Source: an uncultured Oscillospiraceae bacterium (GTDB lineage Bacteria > Bacillota > Clostridia > Oscillospirales > Ruminococcaceae). From it: DNA of 57,695 bases. A program made the position numbers and the translations under genes. The notes under the pieces are model-generated. The model had not been told where the DNA came from, searched no databases, and was given only the letters and a program-made list of their open reading frames with translations. The number at the start of each line of letters is the position of its first letter. The stretch's first letter is position 1. Location: NCBI GenBank assembly GCA_964560915.1, contig CAZLMO010000001.1, positions 1-57,695 of the forward strand. The letters run 5' to 3'. This document shows, in pieces, positions 19,640-29,195 of the stretch.

Positions 19640-20503
19640 TTGAAACGAGTAACCTTTGTTAATGCGTTAGGGGCCGAACTAGTTTTTACTAATTCGGCTC
19701 CCTTTCTCTTAGAAAAATTCACGGAAAACGAAAGTGTAAACATATATTCATCTAAAGGTGTAAATCAGGATGGAGCTACATATTCTGGCAATACTCTTGA
19801 GGTCAAAGATATAACTCTAGAATTTGCCGTAATTGCATCTTCTGAAGAAGAACTTATTCGTCTTCGAAATCAGATATATAAGGTTTTTAATCCGCTATTA
19901 GAAGAGGGTACTTTATTCCATAAAGATATTCTGAATGAACGTAAGATTAAGTGTGTGATTAATAAAAAACCTTCGTTTAATAATTTTAATGAGCATATTA
20001 GTCGTGGGCTAATTTCTTTAACTGCTAGCGATCCCCAATGGATGGCGCTTATAGAGGAGCGCCGAGATGTCATAACAATAGAAGGCGCCTTCGAGTTTCC
20101 ATTAGAAATTCCAGCAGAAGGAATAGAAATGGGACGACGAATTGGCACAGACATCACAAATGTTATCAACGTTGGCGATTCTGCGTGTGGCATGCGCATT
20201 GTCCTTACGGCGGTAAACACCGTGGTAAATCCAACCATTACTCATTTAGCTACAGGGGAATATATTACACTTGAAAAGACCTTGATAGCGGGCGAAGTCA
20301 TTACCATATTTACCATAATCAATAATAAAAAGGTTGAAAGCTGTATTGATGGAATAGTTACAAACGCTTTCAACAATATTACGGGAGGCAGTACGTTCTT
20401 TGCTCTTCGTTCTGGGGATAATTTACTTCAATACAGTGCTGTTTCTGGAAAAGACAACTTGGATGTTAGCATCTACTATCGACCTGTGTATTTGGGGGTG
20501 TAG
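19640..20503 (+). CDS. putative distal tail protein (Dit)
   Basis: TTG start after AAGGAGCTGAG. 287 aa, immediately after the tape measure gene, which is the canonical Dit position. Confidence 0.5.
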   Translation: MKRVTFVNALGAELVFTNSAPFLLEKFTENESVNIYSSKGVNQDGATYSGNTLEVKDITLEFAVIASSEEELIRLRNQIYKVFNPLLEEGTLFHKDILNERKIKCVINKKPSFNNFNEHISRGLISLTASDPQWMALIEERRDVITIEGAFEFPLEIPAEGIEMGRRIGTDITNVINVGDSACGMRIVLTAVNTVVNPTITHLATGEYITLEKTLIAGEVITIFTIINNKKVESCIDGIVTNAFNNITGGSTFFALRSGDNLLQYSAVSGKDNLDVSIYYRPVYLGV

Positions 20504-20506
20504 TAT

Positions 20507-21670
20507 ATGTTGGATTTAGTTATCTTTTCCCCTACTCTTGCTAAATTAGGAATAATAGATTCATATATTTCTTTTCGATGGACTCGTAAATACTCTAAAT
20601 GTGGTTCGTTTGAACTTCATTGCGCTTCCACCACGTCTGGTCTTGAATATCTAGTTCGCGATAACATTATTTATAAGCCGGGAGACGTTGAAGCAGGGGT
20701 TATTAACACGATTCATGTAAAAACAGACGCCGAAGGCAAGGAGATTACCATTGCAAAAGGGACGTTCTTAACAGGATATTTGGCTAGAAGACTTATTTGG
20801 GGATCAGAGATTCTAACTGGCGCCGCCGAACTTTCTATGCGAACATTAGTAACAAAGAATTGTATAGCTCCTAGTGACTCCGCACGGATCATTCCATTGC
20901 TTGAACTAGCTCCGATTCAAAATCTTGTAGAAGCGATCGACTATCAATCTAGTTATAAGAATCTACTGGAAGAATTGGACATTATGGCAAGTGTAACACA
21001 ACTGGGCTATCGAATACGTTTTGATCTGACCAATAAGAAATTGATATTTGAAGTGTATAAGGGTTTAGACCGTACAGAAGGCCAGAGCACCAATCCACGT
21101 GCTATATTTTCAAAAGAATTTGATAATATTCTTGAATCAGAGTATATTGATAGCTTAAACAACTACGCAAATGTTGTACTAGTGGGCGGGACTCAGGACG
21201 ACCCATATTACGAAAAATTTATGACAGTTGGAAATGCGGTCGGCTTAGCACGTTTTGAAATATTCAACGATCAAAGCGGTATTCCAACACAGGATGAGAA
21301 TGGATATTTAACAACTACTGCTTATAACAATTTATTGATCGGTAAAGGAAATGAGGTATTGGCCGAAACCACCGAATTAAAAACTTTTACTAGTACGATC
21401 AGTACTGATGGAAATCTTAAATATAAAGTCGATTTTGACCTTGGTGATATTATCACAATTGTTTCGAAACGACTAGGGTTAACATTAGATACCCGTATTG
21501 CAGAGATTGAAGAAGTTTATGAGGTTACAGGGCTTAAGATTAATGTTATTTTTGGTAATAACATACCTACAATTTTAGATAAAATTAAGGGTATGAATAA
21601 AAACCAATCAGCATCCGGAGGGATTAATATTCCACCACTAACGAAAATTGATGGTGGAACATTTGTTTAA
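20507..21670 (+). CDS. putative tail-associated protein (Sipho Gp37-like)
   Basis: The N-terminal ISFRWTRKYSKCGSFELHC resembles the ReqiPepy6 Gp37-like family signature. It occupies the Tal position after Dit. Confidence 0.5.
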   Translation: MLDLVIFSPTLAKLGIIDSYISFRWTRKYSKCGSFELHCASTTSGLEYLVRDNIIYKPGDVEAGVINTIHVKTDAEGKEITIAKGTFLTGYLARRLIWGSEILTGAAELSMRTLVTKNCIAPSDSARIIPLLELAPIQNLVEAIDYQSSYKNLLEELDIMASVTQLGYRIRFDLTNKKLIFEVYKGLDRTEGQSTNPRAIFSKEFDNILESEYIDSLNNYANVVLVGGTQDDPYYEKFMTVGNAVGLARFEIFNDQSGIPTQDENGYLTTTAYNNLLIGKGNEVLAETTELKTFTSTISTDGNLKYKVDFDLGDIITIVSKRLGLTLDTRIAEIEEVYEVTGLKINVIFGNNIPTILDKIKGMNKNQSASGGINIPPLTKIDGGTFV

Positions 21671-21684
21671 AAGGAGGAAAACCC

Positions 21685-22431
21685 ATGCAACATAGTGGTT
21701 TCTTTATTTCTATTGCGGGAGATCGTCGCTACCAAGCGAGCGATTATGCTGCATATTTTAGTACATTAGTTTCAAATGGTGTGTTTCCTGTTCCGGGTAC
21801 GGGATTGGGAGTCATTACCAATAATGATATGACAGTGACGGTGAATTCGGGAAAGGCCTGGATAAATGGTTATATTTATCATAATGACTCTGAGTTGGTC
21901 CTTACTTGCGACCCTGCAGAGAGTATATTAGACCGGATTGATCGCGTTGTAATTCGATTTAGTATTACCGATCGATCAATTGTTGCGGTTGTGAAAAAGG
22001 GCATACCTGGAAGTTCCCCGGTCGCGCCAACTCTGCAACGAGACAATGATATTTACGAATTGGGTATTGCAGATATGTTTATTCTACATGGATCAACGAT
22101 GATTTCTCAGGTCGTTATTACGGATCTGCGGATGAATACAACATATTGTGGTTGGGTTAATAGCCTGATTCAAGCCGACACAACCTCCATATTCAATCAA
22201 TATCAAGCATGGTTTAATCAGTTAGTTATAACCGGACAAGCACAAATAGATGAACTTGAATCGGAGCTTCAATCGGATTGGGATATTTGGTTTGCTGATG
22301 TACAATCGCAACTAAGCGGAGACATTGCAGCCAACCTCCTTCTTCAAATTCAAGCTATTCCTAGAGTTTATCGAGGATCGACCGATCCCGTATCTACAAG
22401 AGCCATTGATTTTTGGTTTAAAGAGGTCTAA
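21685..22431 (+). CDS. baseplate/tail fibre-associated protein
   Basis: RBS AAGGAGGAAA. The N-terminal GFFISIAGDRRYQASDYAAYFSTLVSNGVFP pattern recurs in Firmicutes phage tail modules. Position-based call. Confidence 0.35.
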   Translation: MQHSGFFISIAGDRRYQASDYAAYFSTLVSNGVFPVPGTGLGVITNNDMTVTVNSGKAWINGYIYHNDSELVLTCDPAESILDRIDRVVIRFSITDRSIVAVVKKGIPGSSPVAPTLQRDNDIYELGIADMFILHGSTMISQVVITDLRMNTTYCGWVNSLIQADTTSIFNQYQAWFNQLVITGQAQIDELESELQSDWDIWFADVQSQLSGDIAANLLLQIQAIPRVYRGSTDPVSTRAIDFWFKEV

Positions 22432-22449
22432 GAAAAGAGGTGGCAGCAT

Positions 22450-22884
22450 ATGGCCGAAACCCAGTTAATTCAAGTAAGACGCGGAAACAAAGCAGATCTA
22501 CCGATACTTGCAGATGGGGAAATCGGTTTCTGTATGGATACGCAGGAAATATTTATCGGTAATGGCGGAGTCAATGTCGCCACAACTTCGGTCTATGTAC
22601 ATCCAGAAACTCATCCTGCTTCTATGATTACTGAATCGGAAGATCGTGTATTTCTTACCTCAGCAGAGAGAACAAAACTTCTTGCATATAAAGACGACTA
22701 TGTGCATATACAAATGATCGCAGCCCAAACGTGGATAGTCTCACATGGTCTACATAAATACCCAAGTGTAACTATTATGGATTCTAGTGGGGCGCATATT
22801 ACGGCCGATGTCGAATATATCGATATAGATGTCCTGCATATTCATTTCACCGCAGAGATTGGTGGAAGGGCATATTTAAGTTAG
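22450..22884 (+). CDS. tail fibre protein (hyaluronidase/Mtd-type N-terminal domain)
   Basis: IQVRRGNKADLPILADGEIGFCMDTQEIFIGNGG matches the conserved N-terminal fibre motif (RRG...L..GE.GF..DT....IG.G). Confidence 0.5.
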   Translation: MAETQLIQVRRGNKADLPILADGEIGFCMDTQEIFIGNGGVNVATTSVYVHPETHPASMITESEDRVFLTSAERTKLLAYKDDYVHIQMIAAQTWIVSHGLHKYPSVTIMDSSGAHITADVEYIDIDVLHIHFTAEIGGRAYLS

Positions 22885-22893
22885 GAGGATTTT

Positions 22894-25128
22894 ATGAAGC
22901 ACGGATCTAATTATGATTTTATAAGGAACGAGATTCAGAATTTCGTTATACATAAATTGCCCGCACCGCCAGCTAACCCAATTGCGGGCATGGTTTATTT
23001 TAATACGTCCGCCGGCGTATTAAAATTTTATGGGTGCACCGTTGGTGGAGCAACTCCGACGTGGGTTGATCTAGGACAAGTATTAACCGGCGACAATATT
23101 ATTGCGCTACTTAACGCCTCCGCGTCTCTTATTGATGATGATAATCTAAGTGCGGCGGTCAATGATGCGCTTACTAAAAGACACGCACATAGTAATTCTA
23201 CAGCTCTAGATGCAACGCAAGAAGCATTTACTACTATACTTAAAAACAAATTAGATGGAATTGCCACTAACGCCAATAAATATGTTCACCCAGCAAACCA
23301 TCCGCCATCTATTATTACGCAAGACGCAAGTAATCGGTTTGTAACGGATGCCGAGAAGAGTACTTGGAATGCTAAACAAAATGCTCTTGGTTTTACTCCC
23401 GTTAAGAATGGCAGTAATACCCCAGAAATACAAGCAGGTCTAGAATCAGCAAGGCCTGCTGCTACGGGCAGTGGAATTTTATATTTTGCCATAGACACCA
23501 AAAAAATATGGAAAGACACGGCGACGGGCGTATGGACTCAGATGGGGGGACAAGATTTACCAATAGCGTCGAGTTCTGTTCTTGGTGGCATTAAAGTTGG
23601 AGCTAATCTTACCATTGGAGGAGACGGGACCCTTAACGCTAATGATAATCCCGCCAGTTTTGTTATCAAACACCAACGATTTACTATATCTGGAGGTCAA
23701 ACGGCGTTCACTCTTACTGGGGGTACATATAAACCCAACTCTCACACTATATTCTGGTTTCTAGATGGAATCAAACAAGATAGCGATGCATTGACGGAAT
23801 CATCTGCTACGACATTTAGCGTTCCTGCCGGGTTACCAAATGGAGCAGAAATACTTATTGAGTACTATGAGACTATTAATGCAAATCCATATCCTACTCA
23901 TGCGACCGAGCATATAAGTACCGGGGTTGACGCTATTCCTAATGCAACGGCAACTCAAAATGGTTTATTAAGTGTTGCCGATAAACTTCGATTAGATGGA
24001 ATGGCTGATAACGCCAATAAATATGTTCACCCAGCAAACCATCCGCCATCTATTATTACGCAAGACGCAAGTAATCGGTTTGTAACGGACGCCGAGAAGA
24101 GTACTTGGAATGGTAAAGAACCATCAATTACAGCAGATTTGGTAACAAAGTTTTGGAGTGGCACTAAAACATGGAGAACCTTGGCGACAGACGTACGCGC
24201 CGTGGTTTTAACCGGGTTGTCCACCGCCACAAATGCAGTAATCGCAGCAACTGACAGCATATTAGTAGCACTTGGCAAATTACAGGCTCAGATAACTGGG
24301 CATACCGGAAATACATCAAACCCACATGGCGTTACAAAGACTCAATTAACTTTAGGTAATGTGGATAATACGTCAGATGCAAACAAACCCATTTCTACGG
24401 CGCAACAATCCGCTCTAAACCTAAAAGCGCCTCTCGCTTCCCCCGCATTAACAGGAACCCCAACGGCGCCCACTCCGCCGGTAGGAGATAATGATACTTC
24501 CATAGCCACAACCGCTTTTGTTGCAGCAGAAATTGCCAGTAAATTAGCATCCAATGACGCAATGATATTTAAAGGTACTGTTGGCACTGGCGGCACCCAC
24601 ACAATTGCTGCATTCAATGCCCTCGTCATATATAATGCTGGCTGGGCGTATAAAGTGATCGAAGCCGGAACTATTAAGGGTAAGGTCTGTGAGGTTGGGG
24701 ATCTATTAGTGGCCACTGTTGACAGAGCAAGTGCCGGGGTCGATGCCGATTGGTTAGTATTACAAACTAATGCAGACGGATTGGTTACTGGTCCAGCACT
24801 TTCCACTGATGGAAATTTAGTATTATGGAACGGCGCAACAGGTAAAGTAGTTAAGAATAGTGCATATTCACCAGCAAGTTTCGCACCGGCAGTACATAAT
24901 CATGATACGGTATATCCTAAAAAGTATACAACCACCATTGGTGGTGCCACAAGTATCCTTGTCACACATAACCTTAATACTCGCGCACTAGTCTGGAGTA
25001 TTTATGACACAGCAACGCCGTGGGAGGCTATTATTACAGACGTGGCATTAACATCTCTTAACACTGTTACTGTCTCGTTTGGATTCGCACCGGCCGCTGG
25101 GGCATATACAATTGTCCTTATCGGATAG
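22894..25128 (+). CDS. tail fibre protein 1 (744 aa)
   Basis: Duplicated NANKYVHPANHPPSIITQDASNRFVTDAEKSTWN module. Fibre-typical motifs LGNVDNTSDANKP and LTGTPTAPTPPVGDNDTSIATTAFV. Confidence 0.8.
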   Translation: MKHGSNYDFIRNEIQNFVIHKLPAPPANPIAGMVYFNTSAGVLKFYGCTVGGATPTWVDLGQVLTGDNIIALLNASASLIDDDNLSAAVNDALTKRHAHSNSTALDATQEAFTTILKNKLDGIATNANKYVHPANHPPSIITQDASNRFVTDAEKSTWNAKQNALGFTPVKNGSNTPEIQAGLESARPAATGSGILYFAIDTKKIWKDTATGVWTQMGGQDLPIASSSVLGGIKVGANLTIGGDGTLNANDNPASFVIKHQRFTISGGQTAFTLTGGTYKPNSHTIFWFLDGIKQDSDALTESSATTFSVPAGLPNGAEILIEYYETINANPYPTHATEHISTGVDAIPNATATQNGLLSVADKLRLDGMADNANKYVHPANHPPSIITQDASNRFVTDAEKSTWNGKEPSITADLVTKFWSGTKTWRTLATDVRAVVLTGLSTATNAVIAATDSILVALGKLQAQITGHTGNTSNPHGVTKTQLTLGNVDNTSDANKPISTAQQSALNLKAPLASPALTGTPTAPTPPVGDNDTSIATTAFVAAEIASKLASNDAMIFKGTVGTGGTHTIAAFNALVIYNAGWAYKVIEAGTIKGKVCEVGDLLVATVDRASAGVDADWLVLQTNADGLVTGPALSTDGNLVLWNGATGKVVKNSAYSPASFAPAVHNHDTVYPKKYTTTIGGATSILVTHNLNTRALVWSIYDTATPWEAIITDVALTSLNTVTVSFGFAPAAGAYTIVLIG
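23269..23371 (+). repeat. 103-nt direct repeat, copy 1 (inside tail fibre 1)
   Basis: Identical to 24010-24112 except one T/C difference (GAT vs GAC). Similarity extends about 18 nt further upstream with 4 mismatches. Confidence 0.9.
24010..24112 (+). repeat. 103-nt direct repeat, copy 2 (inside tail fibre 1)
   Basis: See 23269-23371. Confidence 0.9.
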
Positions 25129-25137
25129 GAGCAACAT

Positions 25138-26685
25138 ATGAAGATATTTGGAGTAGAACTTAAATTTAAAGCTAGTGATATTTGGCATGCTGGAAATTTT
25201 GATCCTAATACAAAAGTTGACAAAAGTGTTAGCGAAATCCCATTCGTTATTGGTACACAGACCACTACAACGGCCTCTTGGACGGGTGTTGCAGATTCTA
25301 TAGATGGTTTATATAATGGGCTTACTATTAGATATTGGCTACCAAGAACGAGCGCATCGAATGTAACTTTAAACTTAACGTTAAAGGGCGGGGCAACGAC
25401 TGGTCCTATAAATTGTTATTACGGCGGCGTGTCCAGACTAACCACGCATTACCCAGCTGGTAGCTTTATTATGTTAACCTATATTGTTAATGGTCTTATT
25501 AATGGAACGGCGTACACTGGTTGGTGGGCCAAAGCCAATTATGTAGACGGCACCGAATCATATGCCATTAGATGGAATTCGACGCACAAGGTTGGGGCGG
25601 CAGTCTATTCCTATAAACTTTGTATGTTTGGAACCGACGGATTGTTATATCCACTAACATTAGAGACCGGAACTGGAACTACTAAAACAGTATCGGTTGT
25701 AGAATTTGCCATTGATTCGCCAATTCTATATTATGGAACCACTACCACAATAGCCGCTAACGGGACGAGTAGCTCCTATTGGTATAAAGGCGTTTCTATG
25801 GGAAGGTTGCATTACACGGCAAACATCGCTAGCGGATGGACTGCTTACAAGCCAATTTATTTGAAAGGAATAATAACCGCAGCGGGAAATTTTAAATTAG
25901 ACAACACCACTTTTACTAGTTGGTTAACACAAACCTTACCGACAAGTGACGATGGTTTTGTTTATATGTTAGTTGGGCATATGTATGATACAACGGTAAC
26001 GATGCGGTTATTAGAATCTAATCTACTACTTCAATACAAAAATGGAAAAATAAGACCCTATGTCTCAGTTTCTGCATTGGATGTTGGTTTAGGGAATGTG
26101 GACAACACAGCTGATGCAAATAAGGCTGTCCTAAGCGCTACAAAGCTAGCCACACCAAGAAAAATTAATGGGGTAAACTTCGATGGCACCGCAGCGATTA
26201 CTATAGCAGACAGCACAAAAGAACCCTCAATTACAGGTAGTACCGTTTCGACTTTTTGGAGTGGTCTTAAAACATTCAGAGACTTAGCAACAGATGTACG
26301 CGCTATAGCATTAACAGGACTGTCTGTCGCTACTAATTCTGCTATCGTCGCAACGGACACCATATTAGTGGCTCTTGGTAAATTGCAAGCACAAATAACA
26401 GGTCATACTGGTAGCACATCTAATCCTCATAGTGTTACGGCTACACAAGTTGGATTAGGGAATGTTACGAATGAATCTAAAGCGACAATGTTTACTAATG
26501 CTGCGTTGACAGGCACGCCAACCGCCCCGACACCAGCAACGGGAGATAATGATACTTCTATTGCCACTACTGCTTTTGTTAAAGCACAGGGATATATTAC
26601 ATCGTCATCAGCTGCTAAAATTACGGTAAGTGCTACCGCTCCAGCTTCTCCTATTGTTGGAGAATTCTGGTATCAAGTTTTATAA
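25138..26685 (+). CDS. tail fibre protein 2 (515 aa)
   Basis: Shares with fibre 1 the module EPSIT...FWSG.KT.R.LATDVRA..LTGLS.ATN..I.ATD.ILVALGKLQAQITGHTG.TSNPH...LGNV.N and LTGTPTAPTP..GDNDTSIATTAFV. Confidence 0.75.
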   Translation: MKIFGVELKFKASDIWHAGNFDPNTKVDKSVSEIPFVIGTQTTTTASWTGVADSIDGLYNGLTIRYWLPRTSASNVTLNLTLKGGATTGPINCYYGGVSRLTTHYPAGSFIMLTYIVNGLINGTAYTGWWAKANYVDGTESYAIRWNSTHKVGAAVYSYKLCMFGTDGLLYPLTLETGTGTTKTVSVVEFAIDSPILYYGTTTTIAANGTSSSYWYKGVSMGRLHYTANIASGWTAYKPIYLKGIITAAGNFKLDNTTFTSWLTQTLPTSDDGFVYMLVGHMYDTTVTMRLLESNLLLQYKNGKIRPYVSVSALDVGLGNVDNTADANKAVLSATKLATPRKINGVNFDGTAAITIADSTKEPSITGSTVSTFWSGLKTFRDLATDVRAIALTGLSVATNSAIVATDTILVALGKLQAQITGHTGSTSNPHSVTATQVGLGNVTNESKATMFTNAALTGTPTAPTPATGDNDTSIATTAFVKAQGYITSSSAAKITVSATAPASPIVGEFWYQVL

Positions 26686-26698
26686 AGGAGAAATCAAA

Positions 26699-27088
26699 AT
26701 GGCTAATAAAAATATTCAAATGACCCAGCGTAACGCTGCTAATACTGGCTGGGATAATTTATATCCTATTAGTATTATCGGCAACATTACAGGATTGCAG
26801 ACGGCCTTGGACAATCTTAAGCCGTTACGATTTACTAATACCGCGGTTACAACAGGCGCTTGGTCAGCAAATGCTACGTATGCAGGATATGGCTTTAGAG
26901 CTTCTATTACGTTAAGTGGCTGTTTAGCCACAATGATTCCCGAAGTTATCTTTGCACCTGCTGACGCAGATAGCGGTAATTTCTGTAGCGTAGCTGATAG
27001 TTACGCAGGTGGAGTTTACATTTATGCTAAAACTGCTCCTACTGCTACAGTAACGATTCCTACAATCACATTAGAAAAGGCGGTGTGA
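26699..27088 (+). CDS. hypothetical tail-fibre-module protein
   Basis: ATG at 26699 lies 8 nt after AAAGGAGA; the track start at 26630 lies inside the previous gene. 129 aa. Confidence 0.5.
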   Translation: MANKNIQMTQRNAANTGWDNLYPISIIGNITGLQTALDNLKPLRFTNTAVTTGAWSANATYAGYGFRASITLSGCLATMIPEVIFAPADADSGNFCSVADSYAGGVYIYAKTAPTATVTIPTITLEKAV

Positions 27089-27092
27089 TATT

Positions 27093-27557
27093 ATGGCTGT
27101 AGGTAGAACAAATGCTAAAGGTGCAAGTGGTGGAGGAGCGAACACAATACTCCTTACTGGGCCCATAGAAAATGTTTCATTTGACGGCGGAGTAGACCAG
27201 GGGGTTTGCAAATTGGTTTGGACTAGTGGGACAGATGTGGACGTTTCTTTTGTCACTACCGACCCAATAGATTTAACACCTTATTCAAAATTATGGATTT
27301 CTTGGGAAGGCAAGGACTATGAACCGAACTATAATGAAGAACACGCAATTGTTGTTTCGACTATAAAAACGGCAACAAGAGCCACCTACGACGCAAGAAT
27401 TTTAAGGGTCGGAGGTTTTTATGATAATCAAGGTAAAATCGAATCGCTGGACATCTCAGCACTGAATGGGTCTTATTATATAAGGGCGCACGTTTGGAAC
27501 GATAGCCCGCCCGCCACTGCATATACTAAAGTGTATTCTCTATGGTTGGAGGTGTAA
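27093..27557 (+). CDS. hypothetical tail-fibre-module protein
   Basis: 154 aa with a Gly-rich N-terminus (GRTNAKGASGGGANT). Tightly packed after 26699-27088. Confidence 0.45.
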   Translation: MAVGRTNAKGASGGGANTILLTGPIENVSFDGGVDQGVCKLVWTSGTDVDVSFVTTDPIDLTPYSKLWISWEGKDYEPNYNEEHAIVVSTIKTATRATYDARILRVGGFYDNQGKIESLDISALNGSYYIRAHVWNDSPPATAYTKVYSLWLEV

Positions 27558-27602
27558 ATGGTTTTGCACTTATTCTATTTATAAGCTATAGGAGGTAACA
27601 AA

Positions 27603-28766
27603 ATGCCAGAATTCAACCCAGTATTTAACCTTATAAAATCGCCACCAGACAAGAGGGATTTCACTGTTTTACAAGCAGGTATTTGTACCGCCGACTTGCC
27701 TAAAGTTGTAGCTAATTCCAAGTATCGTGGAATTATCCGCAATCAAGGTAATTTCGGGTTATGTGTTCCGCACAGTGGACGAAGCACAAGCGTTAGCTTA
27801 GAGAATGAAGCACATCCGAACAGTAATCACGACTTCTCTCCTTTGTGGTTGGCAAAGCAACTGAAGCAATCTCCTTACACAGATTATCCAGACATTGAAG
27901 GAGATACGTTACGGGCTTTATTAAAGCTTATGACCCATTCTCCTTCGATTGTTCCAGAATCTCTTTACCCATATTCTCTCTACAAGGGTGGTTTATATTT
28001 CCCAGAGTTAGAAGTAAACTATGACCCACAGATATTTCAATGGGGAGCATATTACAAAGTAGAAACCCACGAAGAAATGCTTGGCGCGTTAGCTTCTGGG
28101 TATAGAATTTTACTAGGCATGTATTGTGGAAGTGATATTAGAACCAACCCGTGGGTAAGATATCCTGATGGAACATTTTTAGGCGGTCACGCTATTATGC
28201 TTGACTCCTATGGAGAAGTTAGACCAGATTACTATGACGGGCCAAATTCTTGGGGTAAAGAATGGGGCGACAACGGCGTTATCCATATTCACAAAGACTT
28301 TATCGACGGGAAATTCGACGACAACCAAGGCTCGCCCTTTGTTATGGAAGCGTATGCAGTATCCGATTATAAGCAACCAATGCAGGCAAAGAAAGTTGTG
28401 ATTCATGCTGGGGATCAAGTGGCCCTGGTTGACTATGTCGAATATAAATTAGACCAGGTTCCTTTTATCACAAGCAATGATCGACTAGTTCTCCCCGTTC
28501 GCATGATATCTGAGTATTTTGGGTATTCTGTAATTTGGGACGAACGACAGAACACCGTTACTATTTACGGTAATGGGAAGACTATTGTTCTTTTTATTGG
28601 TAGCAAATATGCGACCGTTAATAATGATACTATATTATTAGACCAAGAACCATTTATCACAGAAGCTGGCCGAACAATGTTGCCTCTTCGATTTGTATCC
28701 GAGCAACTCGGAAACAAAGTAGAATGGTTTGATTCAACTAAAACCGCGGTTATTACTCGACTATAA
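27603..28766 (+). CDS. putative endolysin: papain-like (C1) cysteine peptidase plus two copper-amine-oxidase-N-like wall-binding repeats
   Basis: Catalytic-triad contexts NQGNFGLCV (Q-x5-C), GGHAIMLDSYG and NSWGKEWGDNGV match papain-family signatures. The C-terminus has two repeats (LVLPVRMISEYFGYSVIWDERQNTVTI and TMLPLRFVSEQLGNKVEWFDSTKTAVI). It lies between the fibres and the holin. Confidence 0.6.
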   Translation: MPEFNPVFNLIKSPPDKRDFTVLQAGICTADLPKVVANSKYRGIIRNQGNFGLCVPHSGRSTSVSLENEAHPNSNHDFSPLWLAKQLKQSPYTDYPDIEGDTLRALLKLMTHSPSIVPESLYPYSLYKGGLYFPELEVNYDPQIFQWGAYYKVETHEEMLGALASGYRILLGMYCGSDIRTNPWVRYPDGTFLGGHAIMLDSYGEVRPDYYDGPNSWGKEWGDNGVIHIHKDFIDGKFDDNQGSPFVMEAYAVSDYKQPMQAKKVVIHAGDQVALVDYVEYKLDQVPFITSNDRLVLPVRMISEYFGYSVIWDERQNTVTIYGNGKTIVLFIGSKYATVNNDTILLDQEPFITEAGRTMLPLRFVSEQLGNKVEWFDSTKTAVITRL

Positions 28767-28793
28767 TCTTTATTAGATTGGGGGCCTGCTAAT

Positions 28794-29180
28794 TTGATAG
28801 AAAAACTTCAGCCGCTCATAACATTCTTTACGCCTATCATATCGGCACTATTAATTTGGTATATTCAACATTGCCATGCAGAATATGATAAGCGAAGAGA
28901 TTTAGATTTAGAGGAAGAACGTCGACTGCAAAGAGATTTTAATAAACTTGTTGAAGAGAAGTCCCTAAAGAGGGCAGACGCGAGACGAACTGAAAGTTTA
29001 CTTACCATGCAAATGATACGAGCTGTTGGAAAACTAGCATATGCAAACGCCGTTGCTTTAAAGGATGGAAGAGTTAATGGTGTTATGGGTGACGCAATGG
29101 ATTACTACACAAAAACAAATTCGGAATTTTCTCGCTTTCTTGATCAACAAGCAATAGACAATTATTCTAGCCCCACATAA
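28794..29180 (+). CDS. membrane protein in lysis cassette (possible holin/antiholin partner)
   Basis: TTG start. One N-terminal TM helix (LITFFTPIISALLIWYI), then a charged helical region. Confidence 0.3.
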   Translation: MIEKLQPLITFFTPIISALLIWYIQHCHAEYDKRRDLDLEEERRLQRDFNKLVEEKSLKRADARRTESLLTMQMIRAVGKLAYANAVALKDGRVNGVMGDAMDYYTKTNSEFSRFLDQQAIDNYSSPT

Positions 29181-29195
29181 AAGGAGTACGCACGC

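Noticed and set aside
22450-25128. A diversity-generating retroelement, suggested by the Mtd-type fibre N-terminus and the repeated fibre segments.
   Set aside because: No reverse transcriptase ORF is present anywhere in the window. The 103-nt repeat pair differs by one T/C change rather than by adenine-specific substitutions.
28746-28771. Partial promoter-like match GCGGTTATTACTCGAC-TATAAT-CTTT at the end of the endolysin gene.
   Set aside because: The spacing is one nt short, the downstream G(A/G)A is absent, and the hexamer overlaps the stop codon. A weak internal promoter for the holin genes cannot be excluded.
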